Shown here one piece after another: positions 28,301 to 36,196 of a stretch of DNA of 64,000 nucleotides. A program made the translations under genes and the position numbers. Each line of letters begins with the position of its first letter. Position 1 is the stretch's first letter. Source of the stretch: Myxococcales bacterium (lineage in GTDB: Bacteria; Myxococcota_A; UBA9042; JABWCM01; BTVJ01). The notes under the pieces are model-generated. The model was not told where the DNA came from. It made no database searches and saw nothing but the letters and a program-made list of their open reading frames with translations. Location: positions 1-64,000 of the forward strand of contig BTVJ01000035.1 of NCBI GenBank assembly GCA_045863395.1. The letters are read 5' to 3'.

Positions 28301-29286
28301 ACGGCGGCGGGTCGGGCGGGGGCCAGGGCTACGACGGCGTCATCGCCAGCGTCTTCGGGGGCGGCTCGGGCACCTGCCTTGGCTCCTGCGGCGGCCAGGG
28401 CATCGGAGGATGCTGGTGTGACTCGTCCTGCGTGACCTTCGGTGACTGCTGCTCCGACGCCTGCACCTGGTGCGGCCTGAATTGCGGCGGCGGGGGCGGC
28501 AGCACTTGCACCATCGGCAACGGCTGCGGGTCCTGCATCATCCCGCCGAACAACCTCCCCATGGTGGGAGCCGACGGCGGCACCGGCAAGGACGGCACCC
28601 AAGGGGCGGGAGGCCAGGGGTGCGCCCAGGTCGCCGGCGGAGTAACGAACGGCGAGTGGGTGGGCACGAGCGGCAGCCCCGGCGCGGCAGGTGGCCACGG
28701 TGCGGGTGGCGGCGGTGGTGGCGCGGGCAATGGCGTGCAGGTGTGCGGCTGTGCCGGCTCCGACGGGGGCAGCGACGTGGGCGGCACGGGCGGCGGCGGT
28801 GGTGCAGGCGGCTGCGCCGGCACTGGCGGGGTCGGCGGTGGAAGCGGCGGTGGATCGTTTGCCGTGTTCCTGGTGTTCGACGTGGCGCCGGCCTCGGCCC
28901 CCATCGTAGAGAACAACCTGCTGCAGCGCGGCAATGGCGGCCTCGGTGGCCCCGGCGGCAGCGGCGGCGTCGGCGGCGTCGGGGGGTTGGGCGGCAAGGG
29001 CGGCAACGCCGGGACCGGGGCCAACACGACCTTCTGCGCGGGCAAAGGCGGCAACGGTGGTGAGGGCGGCGCCGGTGGCCATGGCGCCGGCGGCGGCGGT
29101 GGCTGCGGCGGCGCGAGCTACGCCATCTTCGCCTTCGGGCAGGGTGGGGTCAGCCTCGCCGCCATCAAGTCTGCCAACTCGGTGCTCCCAGGTGGTGCAG
29201 GCGGCGCGGGAGGGCCCGGCGGGCTCTCACTGGGCAACGGCGGCGGCAACGGCTCGGCGGGCGCCTTCACGGCGGCCAACTTCTGA
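22303..29286 (+). CDS. Giant Cys-rich repeat lipoprotein (metal-binding 'CDGxDNDCDG' repeats, Stig1-like HCGxCG repeats, DUF1565-like domain, Gly-rich tail with a somatomedin-B-like motif)
   Basis: AGGAG RBS; lipobox LLLALGAC; six ~232-243 aa super-repeats plus a partial seventh; 'IFVAKNGNDANPGT...PKLTIQAGI'. Confidence 0.88.
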   Translation: MYTRTRFALALLLALGACSDDTTTPGATDPDGLGADADGASGTIDTGDAAEPGDGGGSLDVFIDKGDGTNTKDSGGLDAEGDVPPLCGVFGVPCLANGDCCSGYCVETFDGFQCTDECLENCPEGWACKVVSNTPPDVVSICVPNLSKLCHECKTNLQCNGGTCIPLGAGTYCTVDCSVDSCPTGYDCVESADGAMQCLPANGTCDCDAANAGAQRPCANQNEFGICNGVEVCDATTGWGSCNAKNPAEEVCDGVDNDCDGVADEDFQQAEPCEATSDLGTCTGVATCQGASGWVCSASQPQEELCDFLDNDCDGSTDEGFKGTDGKYATLNHCGGCGKDCEGLFPNAVAKCDGSAVTPQCAVDTCEPGYYKANDYQCLVQQNTTCQPCVADFQCAGGACVTIGEGSFCTMLCTSTDQCGGGALCLPVAAPDGTPKGQGCTPTSGSCDCSPKTEGQKRPCTATNNLGTCYGFETCQGDAGWSTCDAVPPGFEDCNGLDDDCNGLVDDGLPVTMPCESTWPGVGTCGGESSCFGSAGWVCSAPKPTVEVCDYKDNDCDGAVDEPFKNAAGKYATVDHCGSCGTKCENAIPNATAKCEASGTTPLCVVAECAPGFYKLNDFICLKEGDSWCSACLTDAQCNGKECVQIADGLFCSTACVVNEDCPEGFGCQDVDDPDTGGKAGFCVPANGACDCNPDTNGAKKPCEATNDIGTCVGFSVCAAQTGWGPCGAADPAVEVCDGIDNDCNGFIDDGLPATQPCEVSNAFGSCAGTATCAGTQGWLCSAKTPAAETCNFLDDDCDGQVDEDYKTDGKYASSQHCGTCNAVCDGAIENAASETCDGTKAKPQCVVQECDPGFYKLNDFQCIAQPKVTCFPCTSDANCFGGACVTLGDGKACVDKCAVQADCSAGFTCQGGQCMPQSGSCDCTEATKGVKKFCANENATGTCVGFSTCNPATGWSPCDAPTPAAETCNGLDDDCDGIPDDGMPVTQPCQNTSPFGVCNGDAVCSGGLGWVCQAPTPTAETCDFKDNDCDGQIDEDFKNAGGKYGSMQHCGTCNKACGATIANALTEVCDASKQVPQCIVSECQPGYFKQNELSCVPNPAIACTPCVADDTCFGGKCTTVGAGKFCLEQCSGNTCKAGYTCSGGVCKPDNNSCDCTAATAGAKRTCTKINALGTCLGFETCDPAVGWAGCTAELAKAEECDGKDNDCNGLIDDGLPAKEACANKNGYGTCAGFASCFGTAGWVCQAPVPGPEECDFKDNDCDGLTDEDFKDGTGKYSSVQNCGTCGNVCGDKYPYSAVEVCDASKSVPQCIVSVCEEGYLKLSDFQCLEIPAVACEPCSTDANCFGSTCAQVDTGLFCLESCDAGACPEGYFCSDNLCRPWNGTCDCTVETAGNKRTCSLTNPIGKCFGFETCVPASGWSTCDAVPPATETCNGKDDDCNGFIDDGLPPTQSCQVTNQFGTCTGTSVCYGTIGWFCQAPKPEAETCNYKDDDCDGLTDETFKNGQGKYGSQAHCGGCNTSCDGAVINGTAVCDATKPVPQCVVESCALGWEKYNDFLCIPITSTLCEPCAVDENCVVEGAKCVGLLDGLRCGIACNIDTDCPAGYLCEDPGVGSKQCIPATGSCDCDGSNLDLQVACKQEYQAPGGPVTTCFGTAYCTASGWTPCVLPSEVCNGVDDDCDGLADETFKDASGKYVTDAHCGKCNLNCAAINFINASGVCDTAPATPDCAMKCDVGFFDTNKNPADGCECKWTSSVDYPDGVDQNCDGIDGDISVGIFVAKNGNDANPGTIALPKLTIQAGIDAAVSGGKRDVYVQTGVYSESVALAAGVGVYGGYNADYHVRDVLLYETAVIGVAPTAQKKGAVNALDIKGVGEKTVFDGFTVFGVNNNAPGGNSYGIYARNCDGRLVVRNNRVIAGSGGNGAAGSKGGDGALGGVGAGGVNAQDIGACTSGLITSGGAGSPMTCGGVNTSGGKGGDGYCPNYSTAQQNAAESGTAGANGGGSGGGQGYDGVIASVFGGGSGTCLGSCGGQGIGGCWCDSSCVTFGDCCSDACTWCGLNCGGGGGSTCTIGNGCGSCIIPPNNLPMVGADGGTGKDGTQGAGGQGCAQVAGGVTNGEWVGTSGSPGAAGGHGAGGGGGGAGNGVQVCGCAGSDGGSDVGGTGGGGGAGGCAGTGGVGGGSGGGSFAVFLVFDVAPASAPIVENNLLQRGNGGLGGPGGSGGVGGVGGLGGKGGNAGTGANTTFCAGKGGNGGEGGAGGHGAGGGGGCGGASYAIFAFGQGGVSLAAIKSANSVLPGGAGGAGGPGGLSLGNGGGNGSAGAFTAANF

Positions 29287-29318
29287 TGATCCTCGGGGGG
29301 GCGCTGCGACGCGGGATG

Positions 29319-29346
29319 TTGCGCCGCCCGCTGATGGGGCTATGGT
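29319..29346 (+). promoter_or_regulatory. sigma70-type promoter directly upstream of the structured RNA candidate
   Basis: TTGCGC(29319-29324)-16 nt-TATGGT(29341-29346). Confidence 0.45.
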
Positions 29347-29352
29347 GACAGT

Positions 29353-29513
29353 GCGGAGCGGGGGCGAGGGTGCCGACGAACTCAGGCAGGCGCCCACTGG
29401 CCAGGGGATAAGGTCACGGAAGTGACCTGCGCGGACCATCGTGCCGCGTGAGATGACCCCCAGTCGGGGGCCCGGCCTCCCTGGCGCCTGCCGGCACCCG
29501 CCGTCGCTCCGTG
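29353..29513 (+). ncRNA. Candidate ~160-nt structured non-coding RNA, family not recognised
   Basis: Nested closing stems plus three internal hairpins, one with a GGAA tetraloop; lies between convergent genes. Confidence 0.5.
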
Positions 29514-29621
29514 ACACTCCACTCACAAGGTCGGCAACAAACATGGGCGCGGCCCTCATGCGCCGAGCGGCCCGATGGCGGCCATCAGGGGCGCGCAGCC
29601 AGTCGTCGCGGACCCTGTCAA

Positions 29622-30572
29622 TCACGCGCCTGGGGGGCGGAGGCCGTGCCGGAACCAGCGGAGGCCCAGCGCGAGGGGGGCCGCCCCGAACAGCGCAGCC
29701 GCCGTCAGCGTGGAGCCGTCCGCGGCCGTCGTACCCTCCGAGAGCCCGACAATCGCTCCCAGCAGCACCAGGCCGCCGGCGCTGGCGAGGACCGAGCCTG
29801 CGAGGAGGCGGGCCCAGCCGCCGGCGCCTCGCTCCGTGGGTGGGGGAGCCGGGACGGAGACGCCCAGGGCCAGCGCCTGGTCTGCGCGGAAGGAGCGGGT
29901 CACGCGCAGGGCCCAGCGTCCCTCGGCGATGAGGACAGTGAGGGTCGCCAGCGCCAGGGCGCCGGTCATGCCGGAGGAAGCGCCGCCGGTGGCCTCGAGG
30001 GCGCGGAGGGTGAGCAGCGGCCAGTCGTAGAGCCCGTGCAGGAGCACCGGCCACGCCCACGCGGCGAGCAGGAGCGTGGAGCGTCGGGCCGAGTCGAAGC
30101 GCGCGCGCCCCACGAACGCGCCCATGATCGCGCCCAGGAACGCGTGGCCCGGGACCGCGGTGAGGGCCCGCAGGATCGCCACCGCCGTGCCGCCGTCCGC
30201 CACGTAGAGCACGTTCTCCAGCGTGGCGAAGCCCAAGGAGGCCACGACCCCATACACGATACCGTCCATGGGTTCGTCGAAGGCCCTTCGGCGGGCAGCG
30301 AAGCCCCACACGACCAGGAGCTTGAAGCTCTCCTCGGGGATGGCTGCGACCAGGAAGGCCTCTGCAGCGCCGCTGACCCACGGGCTCTCGCTGCCGCCGA
30401 CGAGGTGGGCGACAGGCAACGCCACCGCAAGCACCGGGATCACGATGACGATCCCGAGGGCGAAGGTGGCCCAGACCGTGCCCCCCGGCTCAGGGGAGAG
30501 ATCCCGGGAGCGGAAGTACCCCATGATCAGCAGCGATGGCAGGACCGCCGAGGCCACGAGCACCGGGGTCAT
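29622..30572 (-). CDS. prsW: PrsW family intramembrane glutamic protease
   Basis: AAIPEESFK, FDEPMDGIVYG, GFATLENVLY, PGHA, LHGLYD. Confidence 0.9.
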   Translation of the reverse strand: MTPVLVASAVLPSLLIMGYFRSRDLSPEPGGTVWATFALGIVIVIPVLAVALPVAHLVGGSESPWVSGAAEAFLVAAIPEESFKLLVVWGFAARRRAFDEPMDGIVYGVVASLGFATLENVLYVADGGTAVAILRALTAVPGHAFLGAIMGAFVGRARFDSARRSTLLLAAWAWPVLLHGLYDWPLLTLRALEATGGASSGMTGALALATLTVLIAEGRWALRVTRSFRADQALALGVSVPAPPPTERGAGGWARLLAGSVLASAGGLVLLGAIVGLSEGTTAADGSTLTAAALFGAAPLALGLRWFRHGLRPPGA

Positions 30573-30679
30573 CGGGCACCTGGTGGGGCGTCGCGGTGAG
30601 CGAGCTGGCTTCGGGGCGCGAGCATGGCGGGAGCATACGCGAGGCGGAGCGCGGTGGCCACCGCGTCGTGTCCCGCGCC

Positions 30680-30709
30680 TTGACAGGGTCCGGCGCCGGG
30701 CACCACAAT
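30680..30709 (+). promoter_or_regulatory. sigma70-type promoter for the glycosyltransferase operon
   Basis: TTGACA-18 nt-CACAAT; GAGGAGG before GTG 30743. Confidence 0.55.
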
Positions 30710-30742
30710 GACCAGCCTCAGGGTGAGGAGGTAGGTCGCGTC

Positions 30743-32018
30743 GTGTCGGGATCCAGCGTTCGTGGGCGCGCCCTGCGGGTAGGTCACGTCCTGCGCAAGT
30801 GCAACCCCGACGAGTGGGGTGGGACCGAGTCGGCGTTGCTGCGCCTGTGCGATGGCCTCTCACCTCGCGATGTCCAGTCGATCATCTACTGTCCTCGTCT
30901 GAGGGAGCCCACAGCGCGGGACCCGTTCACTGACGCGGGCCACACGGTGCGACGGTTCCACTCCGTCCTGCCCGTGTGGGGGATCTCGGAAGAGCAGCGG
31001 GAGCGGGCCATCTCGGTGGGCGGGAACCTCCTCTCCGCGGAGCTTCCCTGGCAGCTCGTGCGGGAGCCGGGCCTCGACCTCGTGCACGCGCACACCGGCA
31101 ACCGCTTGGGAGCGTCCGCGTGGCGGGCGGCCCAGGTGCGGCGCATCCCCTTCGTGATGACCATCCATGGCGGTCTCCTCGACCTGTCCGACGCGGCGCG
31201 TGACGGGTTCAAGGAGCCGCTGCGGGGGGGGGATCGAGTGGGGGCGGGCGTTCGGCATGGTGCTCGGGTCACGGCAGCTCGTGTCCAAAGCCGACCTGGT
31301 GATCACGGTCAACCGCACCGAGGCGGCGCTTCTGGCCCGAGACTACCCGGATCTGGCGGTGGAGGTGATCCCCCACGGGATCCCCCTTCACCAGTACCGT
31401 GCGGACTGCCGGGCGGCGGCGCTGGCGGCGTACCCGGCCTTGCGCGATGCGCCAGTCGTGCTGGTGGCGGGACGCCTCGACAAGCCGAAGAACCAGGCAT
31501 GGGTCGTCGAGCACTGGCCCGCCATCCGAAACCGCCACCCGGGGGCGCTGCTGGTCCTGGCCGGGCCGGTGACCGACACGGCCTACGGGGCGCGGGTGGA
31601 GCGCTTGATCCACGAGCTGGGTCTCGACGGCAGCGTCCTCCTGACCGGCGGGCTGCCGCAGGCGGATCCGCGGCTCATCGGGCTCTTCCAGCTCGCGCGC
31701 GTGGTGGTCCTGCCCTCGCTCAGCGAGACCTTCGGTCTCGTGCTCATCGAGGCCTGGGCTGCGGGGACGACCGTGATCTCTACACGGACCTCTGGGGCGC
31801 GGGAGATCGTCAGAGACGGGGAGGACGGGCTCCTCTACGACCTGACGGAGCCAGGTGGCTTCCACCGGGCCGTGGACGTGCTGCTCCACGACGAGGGCCT
31901 GCGCGTGCGGCTGGCTGAGGCCGGGCGCCGCCACGCGGAGGCGGTCTACGACGAGCGTGCGGTCGCCGACCGCATGAGGGCCGTCTACGAGCGGCTCGCG
32001 AGCGGAGCGCCGCGATGA
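30743..32018 (+). pseudogene. GT4 (GT-B) glycosyltransferase split by a +1 frameshift in a G9 run (31224-31232)
   Basis: N-half (WGGTE, DLVHAHT, VMTIHG) in one frame, C-half (AGRLDKPKN, PSLSETFGLVLIEAW) in the next; G8 restores EPLRGGIEWG. Confidence 0.85.
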
Positions 32019-32830
32019 CCCGGTGGGTCGTGGTGCGCGACGACGACGCCAACGCCTTCACCCCGCCAGCGTGCCTGGAGCTGCTGTATGGTCCGGCGCT
32101 CCAGGCCGGCACGCCCGTCAGCCTCGCGGTCATCCCGGCGGTCACGACGGGCGCGGTCACCGCCAGCGGGGCGCCCGAGGGCTTCCTCTGGGGGCACGAG
32201 GGGGTCGCGCGGCTGGCCCCTATGGGCGAGGCGGTCGAGCTCGTCGGGTGGCTTCGGGAGCGACCGCTGGTGGAGGTCGTCCAACACGGCTACTGCCACG
32301 AGCCCTTCGAGCTGGACAGCCGGGACCGAGCGGACGTCGCGCGGCGCCTCGACGCGGGGGGGCACGCGCTGCGTGAGGCTGGCCTGACGCCGAGCCCCGC
32401 GTTCGTGGCGCCCTATGATCGGCTCTCCCGGGTGGCCTTCGAGGAGGTCGGGCGCCGCTTCGCCCTCGTCTCCACCGGTTGGTTCGAGGCAGGTCGGGTG
32501 CCCGCCGCGTGGTGGCCCGCCTACCTGCGCATGCGCGTCGCGCGCCGGGCGCACTGGCGGACGGGGGGCGTGACCCTCCTGTCCCACCCGGGGTGTCTCC
32601 TGTCCCGCGACCGCCCCACCGCGGGCATGATGGACTCCGTACGGGCCGCGGTGCGGGCGCGGCGGCTCACGGTGCTCGTGACCCACTGGTGGGAGTACTT
32701 CCGGGATGGGGAGCCGGACCAGGGGCTGGTCGCGACGCTCCACGAGGCGCTGGACTGGCTCGCCCGGGAGCCCGACGTCCGGGTCGTCTCGTTTGGCGAG
32801 GTCGCGGCCGGGCGCGTGCCTCTGGATTGA
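32015..32830 (+). CDS. Polysaccharide deacetylase-like (DUF2334/NodB fold) protein
   Basis: VVVRDDD, SLAVIP, VQHGYCH, FVAPYD; overlaps the GT stop (ATGA). Confidence 0.75.
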   Translation: MTRWVVVRDDDANAFTPPACLELLYGPALQAGTPVSLAVIPAVTTGAVTASGAPEGFLWGHEGVARLAPMGEAVELVGWLRERPLVEVVQHGYCHEPFELDSRDRADVARRLDAGGHALREAGLTPSPAFVAPYDRLSRVAFEEVGRRFALVSTGWFEAGRVPAAWWPAYLRMRVARRAHWRTGGVTLLSHPGCLLSRDRPTAGMMDSVRAAVRARRLTVLVTHWWEYFRDGEPDQGLVATLHEALDWLAREPDVRVVSFGEVAAGRVPLD

Positions 32831-32861
32831 GCAGGAGCGCTGGAAGGGGCGGAGGTGAGCG

Positions 32862-33620
32862 ATGCACGTGGCGGTGACGGGGGCGTCGAGCGGCATTGGG
32901 GAGGCGCTCGCCCGCGAGTGGGGGAGGGCGGGGGCGAGGGTCACCCTGGTTGCGCGGCGCCGGGAGCTGATGGAGCGCCTGGCTGCGGAGGTGGGGAGCG
33001 CCCTCGTGCTCCCCGTCGACCTGTCCGATCCGGCGGCGAGCACCGCCTGGATCGCCGAGGCGGAGGCCGCGCACGGGCCCATCGACGTCCTCGTAAACAA
33101 CGCCGGCGTGCAGGACGTGGGAGCCTTCGCCCGGAGCGACCCGGAGTCCACCGACCGCCTGATCGCGCTGGATCTGGCGACCCCGCTGCGCCTGGTCCGC
33201 GCCGTCCTCCCGGCCATGCTCGGGCGGCGGGCGGGCACCATCGTCAACGTGTCGTCGCTGGCGGCCATCGTCCCGACGCCGGGCATGGTGGCCTATGACG
33301 CCGCCAAGGCGGGGCTCGCAGCGGCGTCCGAGGCGCTGCGGTGGGAGGTGCGGGGGACGGGGGTCAACGTGCTGACCGTCTACCCCGGGCCCGTGGAGAC
33401 TGCCATGGCCCGCCACGCGGTGGGGGTCTACGAGCAGGCCGGGGCGGGGGTCGCCGCCCGGATGCCCGCGGGGACCACGGACGTGCTGGCGAGGCGGGTG
33501 GTGCGGGCGGTGGAGCGGCGGAGCGCGCGCGTCATCTACCCGCGCATCTACTGGCTCTCGGCGCTGTTCCCGGGGGTGGCTCGGAGCATCACCGGGGCGC
33601 TGGCGCCCCGGCTCGGCTGA
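32862..33620 (+). CDS. Short-chain dehydrogenase/reductase
   Basis: TGASSGIG, NNAG, YDAAK. Confidence 0.92.
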   Translation: MHVAVTGASSGIGEALAREWGRAGARVTLVARRRELMERLAAEVGSALVLPVDLSDPAASTAWIAEAEAAHGPIDVLVNNAGVQDVGAFARSDPESTDRLIALDLATPLRLVRAVLPAMLGRRAGTIVNVSSLAAIVPTPGMVAYDAAKAGLAAASEALRWEVRGTGVNVLTVYPGPVETAMARHAVGVYEQAGAGVAARMPAGTTDVLARRVVRAVERRSARVIYPRIYWLSALFPGVARSITGALAPRLG

Positions 33621-33622
33621 GA

Positions 33623-35632
33623 TCACAGGATGGTGAGCGGCAGGTCGGCGGGGTAGCTCGGCAGCCCCACCTCGGCGGCGGTCGCCGAGCGGAGCTTCCA
33701 GCCATAGTTGATGCCGGACGCACCGTCGCAGGCCGGGTTGTCGATGCTCGCTGCCTCGAAGCTGGAGAGCGGTACGGTGCCGTTCGGGTTGTCCCCATCG
33801 GGGAGCATGATGGAGTCGAACGACGCGGAGTACGTGACCCACTTCGCGTAGATCGGGGGGGCGCCGCTCCAGCCGGAGTTCAGGTACGCGGTGCCGCTAC
33901 AGCCCTCCGAGGTGTAGTAGATCTGGTCGGCGAACATGGTGCCGTCCCACGCCAGGGCGACCACATGCCCCGTCGCCGTGACGATGCTCACGCCGCCCAT
34001 GCCCACCTCCATGACCGTGCCCAGCGTGTTGCCAGCGCCGTCGAAGAGGCGCGTGCCGGTACCAGCCGGTCCCGGCGGGCCCTGGGCGCCCTCGGGGCCA
34101 GCGGGGCCCTCGGGCCCCATGGGGCCGGAGTCGCCTGGGTCACCCTGCGGTCCCGGCGGGCCGGCCACTCCGGGCGGGCCCTGGGGTCCCGGCGGGCCGT
34201 CGAGACCCGCGGGCCCCACGTCGCCCTGGTCGCCCTTGGGGCCGGCGATGCCCTGCGGTCCGGCGGGTCCGGCGGGGCCTGCGACTCCTTGCGGGCCGGG
34301 CGCGCCGTCGAGGACCACTGCGGTCGAGCCGTCGGTGCAGGCGATGGTGGTCACGCCCGCCAGCGTCGCGACGGTGCAGGAGACGCCGTCTGCGCCGGCC
34401 GGGCCCGGCGGCCCCTGCATCCCCTGCGCGCCCTGCTCACCCTGTTCGCCGCGCGGCCCCATGGGCCCCATGGTGCCCATGGGTCCGGGTGCTCCCTGGG
34501 GACCGACCGGACCCTGCGGCCCGTGGAGGCCCTGGGCACCCATGGGTCCCTCGGGTCCCGGCGGTCCTGCCTCGCCCTGCGGTCCGGGCGGTCCGGCCTC
34601 GCCCTGCAGTCCGCCTGGACCCTGTGGCCCGGCCTCACCCATGGGACCTTGGGGCCCGATGTCGCCCTTCGGTCCCTGGGCGCCCGTCTCTCCTTGGGGG
34701 CCTGCCGGTCCCTGCGGTCCCGCCTCGCCGGCCTCTCCGGGCGGCCCGGACTCCCCCTGCGGTCCCTGCGGACCCGCCGCGCCTGCGTCCCCCTTGGGTC
34801 CCTGCGGTCCCGCCTCGCCCTGGGGGCCCGACGCGCCGATGGCGCCGTCGTGCACGTAGGCGTAGCTGCCGTCGGTGCAGGCGATGAGCTTCACGCCCTC
34901 GCCGGTGTCGGTGATGGAGCAGGAGCTGCCGTCCTTGCCCGGGGCGCCGTCGCTCCCCGGGGCGCCATCCTTGCCGGCAGCGGAGAAGGTCGAGCAGTCC
35001 CAGCCGTGGTCGGTCCAGGTTGGGACCTGCCCCGTCAGGCAGCTCAGGCCCGCCAGGGTGTCGCTGTCCTTGGCGAGGGACGGCGGGACGTCGCTCAGGT
35101 CCTTGAAGGACCCTGAGAAGGTGCTGTAGCCCAGCTTGTCTAGGGCCGGCTTCAGGGCGTCGCTGGTCACGTAGTCTGCCGCGTCCCGGTCGCCGAGGCG
35201 TGCGGCGGTCTCCGCGATCTCCGCCCGCCGGGCCTGGAAGGAGAATGGCACCGCGCCGAGCGGCTGCCGGGGCGTCATCTCTCCGCCGCCGTTCACCTCC
35301 ACGCCGATGACGGAGCCCTCGGTCAGCAGGTCCGGGTCGAGGTTTTCCAGTGACCCGAGCGCTGCGTGAAACTCTCCGTGAGCGATGCTGATCGCGGGGT
35401 GGGTCTCGGTCCAGACGGGCTGGGTGTCAGCCGCCGAGTCATACAGCCGGAAGGTGAGTGAAACAGCGCCGCTCGGGCAATTCGATGCCGCGTCGGGGCA
35501 GTGCACGGGCTTCCCCGTCTGGTCGGTCAGCGTCCCCCGAAACGGCATCTCCGCCGGGATGGCCGCGCTCGCCGCCGGGGAGGCGAGCCCCACCGCCGCG
35601 AGCCACATCATACGCCTGGTGATCGGCTTCAT
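33623..35632 (-). CDS. Secreted collagen-like fibre protein with a conserved fibre N-terminal domain
   Basis: Signal peptide; '[13 protein letters not shown]...TFRLYD...WTETH...[10 protein letters not shown]'; long (GXY)n tracts interrupted by CxI...IACTDG knots; globular C-terminus. Confidence 0.85.
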   Translation of the reverse strand: MKPITRRMMWLAAVGLASPAASAAIPAEMPFRGTLTDQTGKPVHCPDAASNCPSGAVSLTFRLYDSAADTQPVWTETHPAISIAHGEFHAALGSLENLDPDLLTEGSVIGVEVNGGGEMTPRQPLGAVPFSFQARRAEIAETAARLGDRDAADYVTSDALKPALDKLGYSTFSGSFKDLSDVPPSLAKDSDTLAGLSCLTGQVPTWTDHGWDCSTFSAAGKDGAPGSDGAPGKDGSSCSITDTGEGVKLIACTDGSYAYVHDGAIGASGPQGEAGPQGPKGDAGAAGPQGPQGESGPPGEAGEAGPQGPAGPQGETGAQGPKGDIGPQGPMGEAGPQGPGGLQGEAGPPGPQGEAGPPGPEGPMGAQGLHGPQGPVGPQGAPGPMGTMGPMGPRGEQGEQGAQGMQGPPGPAGADGVSCTVATLAGVTTIACTDGSTAVVLDGAPGPQGVAGPAGPAGPQGIAGPKGDQGDVGPAGLDGPPGPQGPPGVAGPPGPQGDPGDSGPMGPEGPAGPEGAQGPPGPAGTGTRLFDGAGNTLGTVMEVGMGGVSIVTATGHVVALAWDGTMFADQIYYTSEGCSGTAYLNSGWSGAPPIYAKWVTYSASFDSIMLPDGDNPNGTVPLSSFEAASIDNPACDGASGINYGWKLRSATAAEVGLPSYPADLPLTIL

Positions 35633-36027
35633 TGCTCTCCTCCTGCGGGTGTTCCCATGTGAAGCGTGAAGGTGCCGTCCGTCGCCGAGGGCCCGGCGAG
35701 CGGGCTCAGCGTCTGCGCGATGGCCGCGCCGGACGGGTCGGAAGCAGACAGGTGGCCGCCCTCCGGGGTGAAGGCGGCGAGGCGATACGTGCACCCTTGG
35801 GCGCAGTCCGCGAACGGACCCGGGGGCGTCGTGGTGTTCTCGCCCGGCGAGCCCGTGGAGCCGGGAGACTCGCCCGGCGTCCCGGGCGTCGGGTCCGCCC
35901 CTGGCTCTCCGGCGTCGTCCAGAGGGGTGTGCTCGGCCGTGTCACCGGCGAGCGGGTCGCCGGGGCCTGCGTCTCCGCAGCCGTGGGCGAGCGCGCCGAG
36001 CAGCAGGATGACAATGACCCGCTTCAT
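35629..36027 (-). CDS. Small lipoprotein translationally coupled to the collagen fibre gene
   Basis: [17 protein letters not shown] lipobox; AGGAGG RBS; ATGA overlap with the fibre gene. Confidence 0.7.
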   Translation of the reverse strand: MKRVIVILLLGALAHGCGDAGPGDPLAGDTAEHTPLDDAGEPGADPTPGTPGESPGSTGSPGENTTTPPGPFADCAQGCTYRLAAFTPEGGHLSASDPSGAAIAQTLSPLAGPSATDGTFTLHMGTPAGGEQ

Positions 36028-36110
36028 CGGGCCCTCCTGTGGTGAGTGGGATGAGACTCCCCCGCTGGCGGGGGCGCCGAGGCAACGATCCAATCGCCGC
36101 GCGGGGCACT

Positions 36111-36138
36111 TGATCGGCGTCTGCGTCGCGGGACTGAA
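36111..36138 (-). promoter_or_regulatory. sigma28-like promoter upstream of the lipoprotein-collagen operon
   Basis: Minus strand TTCAG-15 nt-GCCGATCA. Confidence 0.4.
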
Positions 36139-36196
36139 GGGGAATGTGCGGGGCGGGCGAGGGGCGCGTCGCCGGTCGGGCCCGAGTCCCTGGAGC

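Noticed and set aside
22033..29082. 2349-aa minus-strand ORF, and similar long ORFs at 3986-6256, 40640-44323 and 56768-60193
   Set aside because: Antisense shadows of real genes; high GC3 removes stop codons; no recognisable motifs.
22303..29286. Multiheme cytochrome interpretation of the Cys-rich protein
   Set aside because: The repeated motif is HCxxC, not CxxCH, so it is not a heme-attachment site.
29360..29560. tmRNA, TPP riboswitch, SRP or HDV-like ribozyme identity for the structured element
   Set aside because: GGGGGCGA start lacks the TTCGA/CCA tRNA-like end; TGAGATGACCC lacks the TPP 3' half; the GGAA hairpin lacks the SRP AGCAG loop; the HDV-like P1/P3 (GGCAGGC..GCC-TCCCT-GGC-GCCTGCC-GG) has too short an L3 and no canonical J4/2.
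34050..34980. 9-bp periodic repeats
   Set aside because: Explained by collagen GXY codons.
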